From: Guillardia theta CCMP2712
Taxonomy: Eukaryota > Protista > Cryptophyta
Direction of reading: 5' to 3'
DNA: 49,485 bases
Assembly (NCBI RefSeq): GCF_000315625.1
Contig: NW_005434655.1
Coordinates: 435,090 to 484,574 of the forward strand
Positions within the stretch are counted from its first letter, which is position 1; each line of letters begins with the position of its first letter. This document shows positions 13,301 to 25,431 of this stretch, one piece after another. Below the pieces are notes generated by a model. It was not told the DNA's origin and did no database searches. It worked only from the letters and a program-made list of their open reading frames with translations. Both the position numbers and the translations under genes were made by a program.

Positions 13301-13523
13301 TGAAGGCGTCGAGACTTCGCGCGCCCTCGAGCTCCATGGCAGGACTCTCCCTCCACGCCTCCATCAGATGCCCCGCCTCCTTCCTCCCTCGCTTGTCCAC
13401 GTTCATAGTCGGCGAGGAGGCGAGAGAGCTGGGGCTAGCCGTGGAGGATCTGAGGGGCTTGAGGGAGGGGAGGGGAGGGGAGGAGCTCTGATGCCGGTGC
13501 TGTCGCTGAGTCTTCATGCCCAT
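10354..13523 (-). CDS. Long coiled-coil protein with C-terminal C3HC4 RING finger (probable E3 ligase); middle lost in an N-gap
   Basis: The 11.9-13.5 kb exon encodes E/K/R/L heptad coiled coil. After the gap the same strand gives more coiled coil, then LSCMLC..QPCGHSICRSC..CPEC..NRAIETL. Joining the two halves into one gene is inference. Confidence 0.72.
11113..11292. other. Assembly gap (180 N)
   Basis: Run of n. Confidence 1.
11293..11595 (+). pseudogene. Isolated fragment of a CLU/TIF31 (clustered mitochondria) gene, start of TPR region, with a frameshift; possibly an assembly artefact
   Basis: AREYDFKAPQPFAQE / DILQLFPVTK...ALEALHEALYVLHQTCGPIHTSIASCYSTLALVHQQIGDF matches the CLU-family pattern (YDF..F..DI..PVxK; GPxH..A.xYS.LA.V....GDF). 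One-base frameshift near 11349. Abuts a gap and is antisense to the surrounding gene. Confidence 0.65.
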
Positions 13524-13740
13524 CCGCCGATAAGAGAAGAAAACTTCATGGCTGCTAGCAAACTAAATGAGGCGAGGGAGAGAGAAAGACAAGCAAGTCG
13601 GCATCCTTTTCTCTAGACTATCACAACTCGTGAACCCTCATGTAATCTTACCATGCAATACCTCTCCTCCTCCTCCTCCTCCCTTGCTCCCCCCCCTGGC
13701 TTTGACCTCTGTTTTACTGCTAATTACTCCAAATGATCAA

Positions 13741-13843
13741 CTCCTCTCCTCTCCTCTCCTCTCCTCTCCTCTCCTCTCCTCTACTCTCCTCTCCTCTCCT
13801 CTCCTCTCCTCTCCTCTCCTCTCATCTCCTCTCCTCTCCTCTC
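13741..13843 (+). repeat. (CTCCT)n microsatellite
   Basis: Tandem pentamers, seen directly. Confidence 0.95.
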
Positions 13844-14022
13844 TTCTCATCCCTTCGCTCCTTCATACCTCGTTCCCAAAGTTTCTTGTCAAGACATCAA
13901 CTGACGTCCTTGACCACCCCCCATTTACCCAATCCTTTTCACCCTTTTAACCAGGTAGGGTTGATCGCATTGTGGGGATGAGGGGTTCAGTATGGCGGGA
14001 AAGCGATCGACCAGGCAAGCAG

Positions 14023-14164
14023 AGGGGAGGAGGGGAGGGGAGGGAGGGAGGGAGGGAGGGAGCGAGGGAGCGAGGGAGCGAGGGAGCGAGGGAGCGAGGG
14101 AGCGAGGGAGCGAGGGAGAGAGGGAGGGAGGGAGAGAGAGAGGGAGAGAGGGAGGGAGGGAGAG
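14023..14164 (+). repeat. Purine-rich (GGGA)n/(GAGGGAGC)n repeat
   Basis: Seen directly. Confidence 0.9.
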
Positions 14165-14599
14165 GTGATCAGGTCGTGTTTCTTCACAGGTCTTCACTTA
14201 AGCCTGTGAGTCTTTCACGCTTCCCTCCCTCTCCAACCTCTTGAAGAATTCCATCCTTGCCGGCATGAGCGCCTACGGAGGAGCCGCAGCGCTGGTGGTG
14301 AACAAGCAGGAGACGGACAGGTCAAGGCCAGGGCACGTACGGCACTCCTCATACTCATGGCAGGGAGAGGAGAATCCGACTTAGAAAGCAGGAGTTTGCA
14401 GCCAAGAATTACTCGGAGAAGAGCCTTATCCCAGCGGAACAGGTTGCTCGCTGTGTTACTGGCTCTGGGTGCTGACGGCACATGTCAGCCTGGGACAGGA
14501 TCAGGGTCTCAACTTCCAGCGCTGTCGCATGGGAGCAGGAGGGTTCCTTCAGCTGGCAGCGGTGCTCTTACCCCCTCGAGTCTTGTCGTTGACCTCGAC

Positions 14600-14672
14600 A
14601 TGGCAGAGAGTTCGAGGACCCGCGATGAAGTCTACGAGCAGAAGCGAAAGCGATTCTTAGAGCTGTGATGCA

Positions 14673-14758
<86 letters not shown>

Positions 14759-15993
14759 TCCCCTTCTTTTCCTTCCCCTTCGTCTCCTTCCCCTCCTCCT
14801 CGCCACTCATATTGTAGTCCTGGCCCTCCTTCTTTCCCGCCTCCTGTCTTCCTCGCGTTATCCTCGCCGCTGCCTCCCGCCCTGGCGTTCTCTCTTGTGA
14901 ATGTTTCTGATCAGACAAGCGAAGTTAAGGCCCGAGGAAGCGCAGCGAGACAGAAATCCCTTCGCCTGCAGCAGTGAGAGCAGCCCGATGTTGATGTCTC
15001 TCACTTGCTCGCTCAGCAGATCTTGTGGTCGCTCACCATCAAGTCACTGGAAGCACACCCGAGGTCGAGTCAGAGCAAGAGGTTCAAGCTCAGAGAGAAT
15101 GGCAAAAAGATCCGAGCCGGAAGGATGAAGACGACACATACAAACATGGAGGATACGATGATCATACTGATCTCGTACGTCGACAACGTGACGAGAGGAA
15201 CGTTGAGATGAGGAGGGAGAGGGAAGAGGAGGTGAGAAGGGAGAGGGAGGACGAGAGGAGAAGGGAGAGGGAGGACGAGAGGAGAAGGGAGAGGGAGGAC
15301 GAGAGGAGAAGGGAGAGGGAGGAGGAGGTGAGAAGGGAGAGGGAGGAGGAGATGAGAAGGGAGAGGGAGGACGAGGAGACACGATTGAAAAGGGAGGAGG
15401 AGACGAGATGGAAGAGAGAGGAAATGAAGATTAGAAGGGAAATGGAGGAGGAGAAGATGAGAAGGGAGAGGGAGGAGGAGGACAAGGTGTCGAGCGTTAG
15501 CGAGAAGATGGAGCTGGCGCGCAAGAAGAAGCTTTATGCGCAAGAGCTGCAGCAGCAGATGCAAGAGAAGAAGCTCGTCGTCGACTCGCTCGGCAGAGAC
15601 AAGAGAGAGGAAGCGAGGGCCGAGAGGACGTCAAGATGGAACGACGAGGGGGAGGACGACAGGACGTGGTCATCCGGTGTGCTGGAGAGCTCCCGGAGTC
15701 AGAGAGGTGAGAGCGACAAGAAGAAGGAGTACGCGGAGTTCTTGAGGAGCCAGATGAAGGAGCAGGAGATCAACCGGAAGAAGAGACTTTCGGAGGGCCC
15801 GGACATGCGCTCCGATGAGCTCTCAATGCTTGATCAGCTCTATGCCAAGAGCCATCATCTTCCTCCTTCTCAAGCCTCTTCTCGATCAGCTCAGCTCTTC
15901 TCCCAGCAGACCCGTGACCTGCTCACCACCATTCCAGCTTCAGCTCATCCTCCTCCTCCTCCTTCTGCTCACACTCTTGCGGCTCCTGTTACC

Positions 15994-16027
<34 letters not shown>

Positions 16028-18291
16028 ACCCCCCTCCTCTATCTGCCATGTCTTCAACTGCACGTTTTTCTACTTCTGCACCTTCCAACCTCTCCATGAC
16101 CGCCCTGTCTCCGACCTCTTCTCCTGGAGGTCTGCCAGAGGAGATCGCAAAGCACCGGGAGCAGAAGCGGCTGGAGTATGCGGAGGAGCTAAGGAAGCAG
16201 GTGGAGCTTGCCCGGAGGAGGAAGGAGAGGGAGAAAGAAGAAGAGCTGGAGAGAGAGAGGAGAGAGGAAGAAAGACTGCAGCGAGACATCGAGATGGAGA
16301 AGCTTCGAGCTCAGGTCCCTCGCGATCAATTTGGCAATCCTCTCAAGGCGTCTCACGTGGTTGCCAATGCTGCTCCTGCTGCTCCTGTGGCATCGAACCG
16401 AAGGGAGTCACGGTTGACGGAAGACCCCATGGCTTCTGGTGCAGAGAGAGAAGGCAGGGGAGGGAGCCAAGCTCGAGCGGTGGATCAGGAGCAGTACAAG
16501 GCTGAGCTTGAGCTTCAAATCGAAGAGAGGAGGAGGAGGAAACAGGCGGAGCAAGAGAGGGAGGCGGAAGAAGAAAGAAAGGATGCAGAGAGACTTGAAA
16601 GGCAGCTTGCTGAACTTGCGGCGAAGGCTGAGATGGAGGATACGAGGAGCCAGCGAGCGGCGAGCAAGTCCGAGGCGGAGGAGGCGGAGAGGAGCATGGG
16701 AGGTAGGCGTCCTCCGGCTCTTGACGTCAGCTCTCCTGCTCCCCATTGGAGCCAACCAGACGTGGACGAGAGAAGAAAGAGGGCGGAAGAGCAGCAAGGG
16801 AAGTACACGAGCGAGAACCTGGGGAGGAGGCTGAGGATGGGAAGGCAGGACGATGGGGATGAGGGAAGACAAGGGGGAAAGGGAGGAGGGCGAGGACGAG
16901 AAACGCCCAGTGAGGACGAGGAGACGTTGCCGGACATGCGCTCGTTGCTGGACTTTGCTCGAGAGGGAAGTGTGGAGGAGACGCTCGCGGCGCTGCGGCG
17001 GTGAGTCGCTTCCTCCTGTTCTTTCATGTGACTGAGAATACAGGGATCTGTTGCGCGAGCACTCGAGGCTGCAAGCTGAGCTCGGGTTGCCAGTCAAGGG
17101 GTTTCCCTCCTCCTCCTCCTCCTCCTCCTCCTTGCCGCTCAAGAAGTTTGCTCCGGTGCCCAAAGACTCGCTACGAGATTTTTTGCGACGCGAGCGAGAG
17201 AGACCTCTGTTGCGAGCGAGGGGAGGAGGAGAGGAGGAGCGAAGGCAGACGCCGGCAGCGAGCAGAGGAGAGGAGTTGCCTCAGCTGGAGCCCAGCTCGG
17301 GGTTGTCAGACGATCTCCCGCACACGAGGTTCCCGGGGATCACTCGTGACGACCTCAAGTACTTCGACCCCCCGCACCACAAGCCGCGTCCTCCTCCCCT
17401 CCCTCCCTCCCTCCCTCCCTCCTTTCTTGGCCCGTCTGCTCCTTCCCCTCTCCCTCCTGCTTCTCTTGCCCCCTCTGCTGCTTCACTTCTCCTGCCGGAA
17501 GACTTGAAGTACCTGCGGGGCTCGAGGGATCGCGAGTGGCTGGCGGACGAGCGGAGGCTCAAGGTAGCTGGTGGGAGGCCGACTGAGCCCAAGGGAGACG
17601 GCGAGCAGCCCTGGAGCTCTCAACCTAGACTCTCAGCAGGTCACAAAGTGCGAGGGAGCGAGAGGGAGCGAGAGGGAGGGAGAGACGGAGGAGGAGGGGG
17701 AGGGGGAGGGGGAGAAGGAGAGGCGCAGAGGAGGAGTATAACTTGGGAAGCAGATGACTCGCGAGAGCACGTGCAGATGTTTAGAGGAGTCGATGATTCA
17801 CTGCAGTCTGGTGAGGAAGACAAGACAAGGATCGAGCTAAGCTGGTGCGACAGGAATACTAGCAAGCGATGCAGTAGGCGAGGAGGAGGAAGAACAAGAC
17901 TCGTTTCTTGCTGGGACTCTCCCGATCGCCTCCTCCCTTGACATCTCCGATGCTCAGCTGGACTTGTTGCGGAGGCCGAGGAGCGTGCAAGAGGTGAATC
18001 GATCGCTAGCTGGAGCTTCAGTCTTCGTCCAGTCAGCAGCAGACGTCTCGCTCTCCTCTCAGTCTGCTGGCGGCAGGAGCGACCAGGAGGTCTCGTCCCT
18101 TCGTGACCTCCGAGGGCCGAGCAACAAGTGACGCCTCCTCCTGGACTATCACGTGCTGACGTCTGTGCAGGGACTTGCGAGGAGCTGACGACGAGCAGGT
18201 GAAGCCCGACCTCTGCTGGGGGTCTGCTGATGGTGAGAGAGCGCAGGTGGACTCGTTGCTCAGGAGCTTCGTGGAGGCGGGAGGTAGGTAG
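14600..18291 (+). CDS. CSPP1/CCDC66-like centrosome/cilium coiled-coil protein, multi-exon
   Basis: Four copies of a K-x-x-Y-x-x-x-L-x-x-Q-(M/V/I) motif followed by charged residues (KKKLYAQELQQQMQEKK, KKKEYAEFLRSQMKEQE, KRLEYAEELRKQVE, QEQYKAELELQIEE), as in CSPP1/CCDC66. About 2 kb central exon. Start (MAESSRTRDEVYEQKRKRFLE) and last exon (..VDSLLRSFVEAGGR*) are inferred. Confidence 0.62.
14672..14757 (+). repeat. (CTCCTG)n intronic microsatellite
   Basis: About 14 tandem hexamers. Confidence 0.95.
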
Positions 18292-18318
18292 CAAGTTGTG
18301 TATTAAATGTCTTAAATC

Positions 18319-21032
18319 TCACAGCAGCTCCTCGAGACAGAAGGTGGCGGTCTGGGTGACCCCCTGGTGTCGCGAGTGCGTCTGCAGCGCCTTCTTGAGC
18401 AGCTCCACTCCTCCCTTGCCCTTGACGCTGCTCCTGTTCTTGTCGTTCCTGAAAACCAGCCCGCACAAGGCCCCGCACGCCTGCTCCACCACCTCCGGCT
18501 GGTGAAGGAAGTTCTTGAGGGCAGAGAGGACGAGGTCGATACCTCCCTGCCTCACGATCGCCTCCTTGTTCTCCTTGAGCCCGTTGAGGCTCCACAGGGC
18601 CCCGCATGCGTGCAGCTGCAGCTCCTGGTTGGCGCGGAACTTGACCATGGCATGAAGAATCACTGGGATCCCTCCGGAGCTCCCGATCACTCGCTGGTTC
18701 TCCTGAATCAGCGCCAAGTTCTTGAGCGCGCCGCAGCCCTGCTCCTGCACCCGCCCGATCTCGCACATCCTCATGGCTTTGAGGATGAGCTGGATCCCTC
18801 CCTTGGACGCGATCGAGAGCTTCTTGTCGTCGCTGATCGCGAGGTTCCCCAGGGCTGTGCAGGCCCGCTGCTGGATCTCAGGAACGTTGGGGTGGAGGAC
18901 CATGAGCTTGAGGATCAGGTCGATCCCTCCTCCCCTCGCGATGTGACTCTGGTTGCTCGAGCTCCACGCAAGGCTTGCTAGGGCCGTCAGCCCTCGCTCG
19001 ATGAGCGACGGGGCGTCCATGTACGACTCCATGGCCTGCAGGATGATCTCGATGCCTCCCAGCTCCGCGATCTTCTCCTTGTTCTCCTCGTTCACCCCGA
19101 TGTTGCCCAGCGCACCGCAAGCCTGTTCGAGCACGTCCATCCTGGTTGGATGCGCTTTCATGGCCTCCACGATGAGGCTGATTCCTCCTCGTCTCCCCAC
19201 CTCAACCTGCACCTCCTGGTTCGACACCAGGCTCCAGATCGCCCCGCACGCGTTGCACTGAAGCCCTGAGGCCTGCGGGTGTCGCTTCATGGAGGAGAGG
19301 ATCGCGATGACTCCTCCCTTGCTCAAGATCTCCCGCTGGTTCTCTCGCTTCAGCCCGAGGTTCCCCAGCAGCCCGCAAACTCGCTCCAGCAGCAGGATCT
19401 CTCCTGGGTGTCTGCTCATGGTTTCCAGGGCATACTCGATGCCTCCCATTCTTGTCACCACCTCCTGCTCTACGCGTCACCAACTGACCCCAGCAGCCTC
19501 TCCAGCAGCCTCTCTCACCTTGTACTGGTCCTGCACCGCCAAGTTCAGGAGCGCAGTGGAGCCCTTCTCCTGCACGTCAGGACACTCGAGGAAGGCGGCG
19601 ACGCAGTCGAAGATGAGCTCGATCCCCTCGCTCTCTGCGATCATCCGGCGGTTCTCCTCCGTCACCGCGAGGTTCCCCAGCAGCGCGCACTTCTCTCGGT
19701 CCAGCTCTCTGCTGTGCTCCATCCCTCGCATCCTCCGTACCACCTTCCCCGTCGCTCCCTGCAGCGACATGTGCTGGTTGAACGTCTGCCGTGACATCAG
19801 GTTGCTCAGCAGCATAAGAGCGTGCTGTAGCAGGAGCGCGTCGGAGGATCGCTCGAGCACTTCCACCACCTGACTGACGTGGCTCCACTGCAGGCGCTCA
19901 CACTGCTCGATGGTGGAGTAAGTCAAGGAGGCGCTGAGAGCGAGAACGATCTCAAGGGTGAGAGGATGATCCTCGAGCAGCCCGTTGAAGAGGATCAGGA
20001 TCGCCTCGTCACTCACGCGCGACTGCTTGCTCTTCCCTCCCAGCAGCCACAGGATCAAGCTGCTGCTCTCAACGATGCTCCTCCTCGACTGATGCGCCTG
20101 CAACGCCCGGCTGACTATCGCCACGATCTCCGCGAGCTCGCGAGCACCCAGAGACACGCGGAGATTCTGCTGGGGCCGCAGCAGGTCATGACCGAGGAGA
20201 GAGAGGAGGGTGCGCAGGCCCTGATCCGCCACTCGCTCCTCGCTGATGCTCTTGTCTATGCTGCTCAAGATGACCTCCATGTCATCCCTCGTGACGTCAG
20301 CGTAGGAGGCCGAGTGCACACACTGACTGATGGCGCTCAAGGCCGTGACGTGAGAGTCTTGGTGGTTGGGGGAGAACTCGAGGACTGAGAGGAGCGCGCG
20401 AACAACTTCCTTGCTTGTGCTTCCGTCCCCGGGGCTCTGCTTCATGTCCATCAAGATGCTCCACAGTGCCAGGCACCCGACGCTGAGCACGCTCATCTCC
20501 CCGCGGAATCGCTGCATGGCGTCCAGGCAGGCCAGCAGCGATCGGTTCGCGAAGTAAGGTTTGAGCTCCGAGCCTCGGCCGCTGAAGATGCCGGACAAGG
20601 CCAGCAACCCTCCTCTCTGCACCCTCGCAACGTCCGCATGGCACTTGAGGCTGTCAAGAACAATCTCGCAGGTCACCTGAGCTGTGCTGGGGTCCAGCTC
20701 GGAAGTCGCTTCTATGAGGCAAGAGGAGATGGCCATCAGCCCCTGCAGGCTCAGCGTCAGCGAGAGGTCGCGCGCTCTCTGCTCCACCTTCTCTTGCAGG
20801 TTCACGTTCGTCTTGTACCGCCTGCCTCCCGGTCAGCGTCTGCTCTCGCCTCCTCCTCCCGCACCTTAGCGCCGCTATCACCTCCACCAATGCTCCTCCC
20901 CCCCCCGACGAGCCTGCGGCATTGGCGCACAGGGTGTACGCCTCCTCCTCGGAGGCAGGCTGCCGATCCTTGCGCACATTCAGAAGCAAGACATGGTGCG
21001 GGAAGAAAGAGGAAGAAGACTCTTTGCTCCAT
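18319..21032 (-). CDS. Armadillo-repeat protein (aardvark/ARMC6-like)
   Basis: About ten repeats of GGIxxIxxAMxxH...VQEQACGALxNL. Two large exons (about 19517-20748 and 18319-19462) plus short 5' exons from ATG 21032. Confidence 0.9.
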
Positions 21033-21281
21033 AACAAGATGAAGGGCAGTGATGAAGTTTCACAGAGGAAATAAGACAAGGGACGTGGTTGATGGCGGAA
21101 CAAGGATGTCAAGTTGGGATGAGAGACAGAGAGGAGGGAAGGAGAGAGCGAGAGATGACAAGCAGGGAGAGTGACGAAGAGGGTGGCAAGGATGCGAGAG
21201 AGGTTGGAAGGGTAGAGGGTAAGGAAAGTGAGTGAGTGAGAGAGTGAGGAAGAGGAGGAGGAAGAGGAGGAGGAAGAGGAG

Positions 21282-21313
<32 letters not shown>

Positions 21314-21592
21314 GGAGGAGGCGTGTGGGAAGGCATGTTATATGACATATGAAAGAGATTCCTGTACATCTAAGATGCAATGGTGGGTTGATGAGATGTC
21401 TGAGGGAGGAGAGTTCTTTACTGTGTGAGAGGAGAGGTGAATTGTTTGTTTTGCTCTTCCATTACGACGTGCTTTGCATCTGAATGTGACAGTACTGGAT
21501 TCACCAGAAGAAGGAATCATGAGCTTCGATGCGTAACGACAGATCGCTCCTGTAGGGCCGTCGCTCGTAGTGGGAGAGAGGAGGAGAAGGAG

Positions 21593-24500
21593 CTAGTGCA
21601 CATTGAAGGCACTACCTCCTATGAACTCACGTAGGATCGAAGTAGAAGCGACGGGACTCTCCTACAGCAGCAAGAAGCCCGTCAGACGCACGAAAACGAG
21701 AGGGAGATGAGGGAGGAGGAAACACTGAAATAGCGGAGAACAGAGAGAAAATGGGATGAGATGAGATGAAGAGAGGGGGTTGAGGAGAAGGCGGAAATCT
21801 AGTAGTGAAAGCACCATGACGAGTAGACACGGACCTGCCAGGTAGGGAAAGTGTCGAGCACGGCGAGGAGGTGCGAGCACTTGACGAAGTTGTCATTGTC
21901 AGGAGGAACAGTACGGAGAAGCTGATCGAGTCTTCCCTGAAGAGAAACGTAAGGAGGGAGGGAGGGAGGAACAAGAGAAACAGGGAGAGGAGATGGACAA
22001 CGGGCTGCGGCGGCGGCGGAGATTAGGAGAGATTCGAGGAGGGGAGAGGAGGGTGGGCGCTTGTTCTGCTCACCTTAAGGATTGGGAGTTCGCAGTGCAT
22101 AGCAGAGTTGAAGATAAAGTCGGCTTCGTTCTGATGAGGAAAATCCACGTGTGTTCTCCCCTCCTCACGTTGCTCCACATCGATAGAGTCTGAAATACCA
22201 TCATCACTCCTCTCCTCTCCTCTCCTCTCCTCTCCTCTCCTCTCCTCTCCTCTCCTCTCCTCTCCTCTCCTCTCCTCTCCTCTCCTCTCCTCTCCTCCCT
22301 TGATTCACTCTTTATCCTGATTTTGACCGTAGCTCACCTTAGCTGCATTGTTTCCTCGGAAGAGATAATCTCTTGACATACGTCGCGCCTGCCTTGCAGC
22401 TCATCTCCTCCTCCTCCTCCTCCTCCTCCTCTCGTACCAATCTGTGGTCGGTGGTCTTGCAGACATTGAAGTCATCGAGCTGCAGCGTCATGATGGGTGA
22501 GATGTAGACCCTGAGAGGGAGTCAGGACAAGACAAGGAGAAAGAAGGTCGAGGCTAGCAGCAAGTCCGAGGAGAGCCACCAGAGCTGGTAGAAGACGAGA
22601 AAGGGAGGAGAGGAGGTGCAGCAAGAGCCAAGAGGTTGAGAAGAGGAAAGAGCAAGGGAAGGGGATCAGTACTTGAACTTCTCGTTCTCAGGGATCTTTG
22701 AGGTGTAGTTGGGATTGAGCGCGTGAATGCCCTCGATGATCAGCGTTCCTCCCTCCTCCAGCTTCATCTCCTTCCCTGGATGCTCCCTGGCCCCCTCCTC
22801 AGGTCTCCATGACCTCCTGCTCCTCCTCCACCTCCTCCTTCACCTGTATCCTGTCTTCATGTTGTAGATCGGCGTCATGACCTGCACTTGTCTGTGAACG
22901 GCACGACCTTGCTGAGCAGCCTGATGAAGAAAAGGAGAAAGAGGCAGCAGAGCACAACACCAGGGGGGAAGGCCTGCAAGAGCAGAGGGGGGAGTTGTAG
23001 CGGGTGAGGGTGTGGTATAAACGACGAGGACGGTAACTGCGGAGGGAGAAGGGAGAGGAGAAAAGGGGCATGGTTACAGAATGAGGAGAAGGGCAAGAAG
23101 CTGAGATAGGAGGCTGATCGGGCGGGGAAGAAAGGGGAGGAGGCGGAAGCGAAGAGGAGGGAGACCGTCTCTCCATGAGTCAGCGCCATGATATGCTCCT
23201 GAACGAGTTCGACGTCCATACTCTCGATGGAGTCGTAGTCCACATCCCTTGCATACTCGTCACTGCCTCCTCTCCTCTCCTCTCCTCTCCCCTCCACTTA
23301 CGCTCTGTTGTGTCTGATCTGGTACTTGGGTTGACGGTCCAGCGGCAGGTAGTAGTGATCCACAGTGAGCGGCATGGAGGACACACCTGAATCACACGTG
23401 AGGACAGGAAGGAGACGGAGAGAGGAGGAGGAGGAGCAAGCAAGGGAGCATTAGAGGCGTGGGGGAAGACCTTCAGTACGGAGGGCGAGGGAGAGCTTGT
23501 GCGAGAAGGTGGTTTTGCCGGAAGCCGTGGGGCCTGAGTGCTGGTGAGAAGAAGAGGAGGAAGAGTGTCAAAAGTTGCCTGCTATGCAGACAACCCGAAG
23601 GCGATTCGACTCTGCAGCATCGCAGTGAGAGCGCTTAGAGGAAGCAGCGCTGGTACCGGCTCGCTTTGCTATCTGCTTTGCGAGCTCTGAGATCTTGTTT
23701 TCCAGTCGGACCTGCACGTTGGAGTAAAGGGAGGAAAGGAACAGAGGAAGGAAAGCAATGAAGTGCAGATGGAATACAAGGGAAGAGGGAAGGAGAGCTC
23801 AAGTCACCTCGCACGCATGGATGTACAACTTCTGTGCTCCATCTCCTTCTTCGACATCACACAAGTCTATCTTATGTCAGAGACGCACTTTCTTCCCCTT
23901 CCCCCTCTTCTCTCCTCTCTTCTCCTACTCTCCTCGCCTCTCCTCTCCTCGCCTCGCCTCGCCTCGCCTCTTCCCTCTCCTCCTCCTCTCCTTTCTCTTC
24001 TCCTCTCCTTTCACCTGCGCTGCAGTTCACTCCAGTCTTTTTGGACCACTCTCGAAGCTCGAGTATCGCCTGCAGCTAGATCAGCTGCCTTGCCCCTGCT
24101 CTCTGGCTCCTCTAGCTCACGCTCGTGATGGCTGGTTGATCGACGAAGCGAGAGCCGTAAGTGAGCATCACGCCACCCTTGGGGTATCTGCAGAGGATGG
24201 AAACAGCGAGGTGAGAAAGAGGAGGAAGACGAGGACGGGGGAGATGTGTGGGGGAGTGGAGAAGAAAGGAGACCGCTCTAGGATTGTGGATGAGTTGGGA
24301 GAGCAGGAGACATATGGTGGTGGAGTAGGAGTTGGACAGGAAGGAGGGGAGGGAGAGGAGGAGCCTGCCAGCCCCACATTTGGAGGTCGAAGGGGATCTT
24401 CTTCAACTTGCCGAGGCTCTCAAACACAGGGAAGAAACTAGCGCGGTGAGCTCAGTCGCCTGCTCAGCCCTCTCCTCCTTCACCTCAGACGGAAATGGGG

Positions 24501-25431
24501 CTTCTCTTCGATCATACAAACTTTGACGTCTACCTGCTGCATGCTCAGCGACTCGTGACCCGTCAAGTGTTCCCCACCATCCCTCCGATTGGGATGCGAG
24601 AGGAGAGGAGCTTTGCAGCGATGAATTGCTCCTTCTCGATGAAGTATTGCAGCACCTGCTCTCCCTTCAGCCCCTCACCACCCCTTGCATCTCCAAACCT
24701 CCTTGTACGGCCTCTTCTCCTCGTGCACCTTGACGTCTCTTGCTACCTGGTCAACCTCAATCAGGCAACGAGCATCGGCAGCGCAGCTGCATCTGTCGCC
24801 TCACCAGTTGCAGCATCTCCGCCTTGATCATCTCGAGCTCGTTGTGGTGCACGGCCTCGATGCCCTGGATCCAGTACCAGTAGGCATTTGCGATCGAGTA
24901 CCCTCCTTGAATGCTGAGGCCTCTGGGTCAGTAAACCAGAATCAAGCTCATCGTCGTACCTGCGGTCGGGAAAGATTTTCTCGCAGGCAAGTGAGAACAA
25001 AAGTCTTAGGGTCCTTCGATAAAGATCCGCGTCTTCTCCGAACAGGTACTTCGTCACCCGTCAGGTATCAGATTTCAACTTTTTCCTGGCCTTCTCTTCT
25101 TACCCTGTCCAGTCCTGTCCATCACACCTTCTCCATTCTCTCCTGCTCTTCTCTCCCTCCCTCCCNNNNNNNNNNNNNNNNNNNNNNNNNNNNNNNNNNN
25201 NNNNNNNNNNNNNNNNNNNNNNNNNNNNNNNNNNNNNNNNNNNNNNNNNNNNNNNNNNNNNNNNNTTCCTCCTCCCTCCCTCCCTCCCTCCCTCCCTCCC
25301 TCCCTCCCTCCCTCCCTCCCTCCCTCCCTCCCTCCCTCCCTCCCTCCCTCCCTCCCTCCCTCCCTCCCTCCCTCCCTCTCCCCGTCTCCTCTCCCTCCTG
25401 CAGTCACCTCGAAGTGTTCAGCGTCAGCCAT
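21593..25431 (-). CDS. Uridine/nucleoside kinase (PRK/UK family) fused to an N-terminal ThrRS-N-like domain; many exons
   Basis: YRRTLRLLFSLAC (ThrRS N-region-like), P-loop IAGPTASGKTT, LTVDHYY, DYDSIESMDV, LIIEGIHALNP, VYISP, GEHTWIFPHQNEADFIFNSA, C-terminal SILREFIGGS; TAG at 21593-21595. Confidence 0.88.
22207..22298 (+). repeat. (CTCCT)n intronic microsatellite
   Basis: Tandem pentamers. Confidence 0.95.
25166..25265. other. Assembly gap (100 N) within a (CCTC)n tract
   Basis: Run of n flanked by CCTC repeats that extend to about 25378. Confidence 1.
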
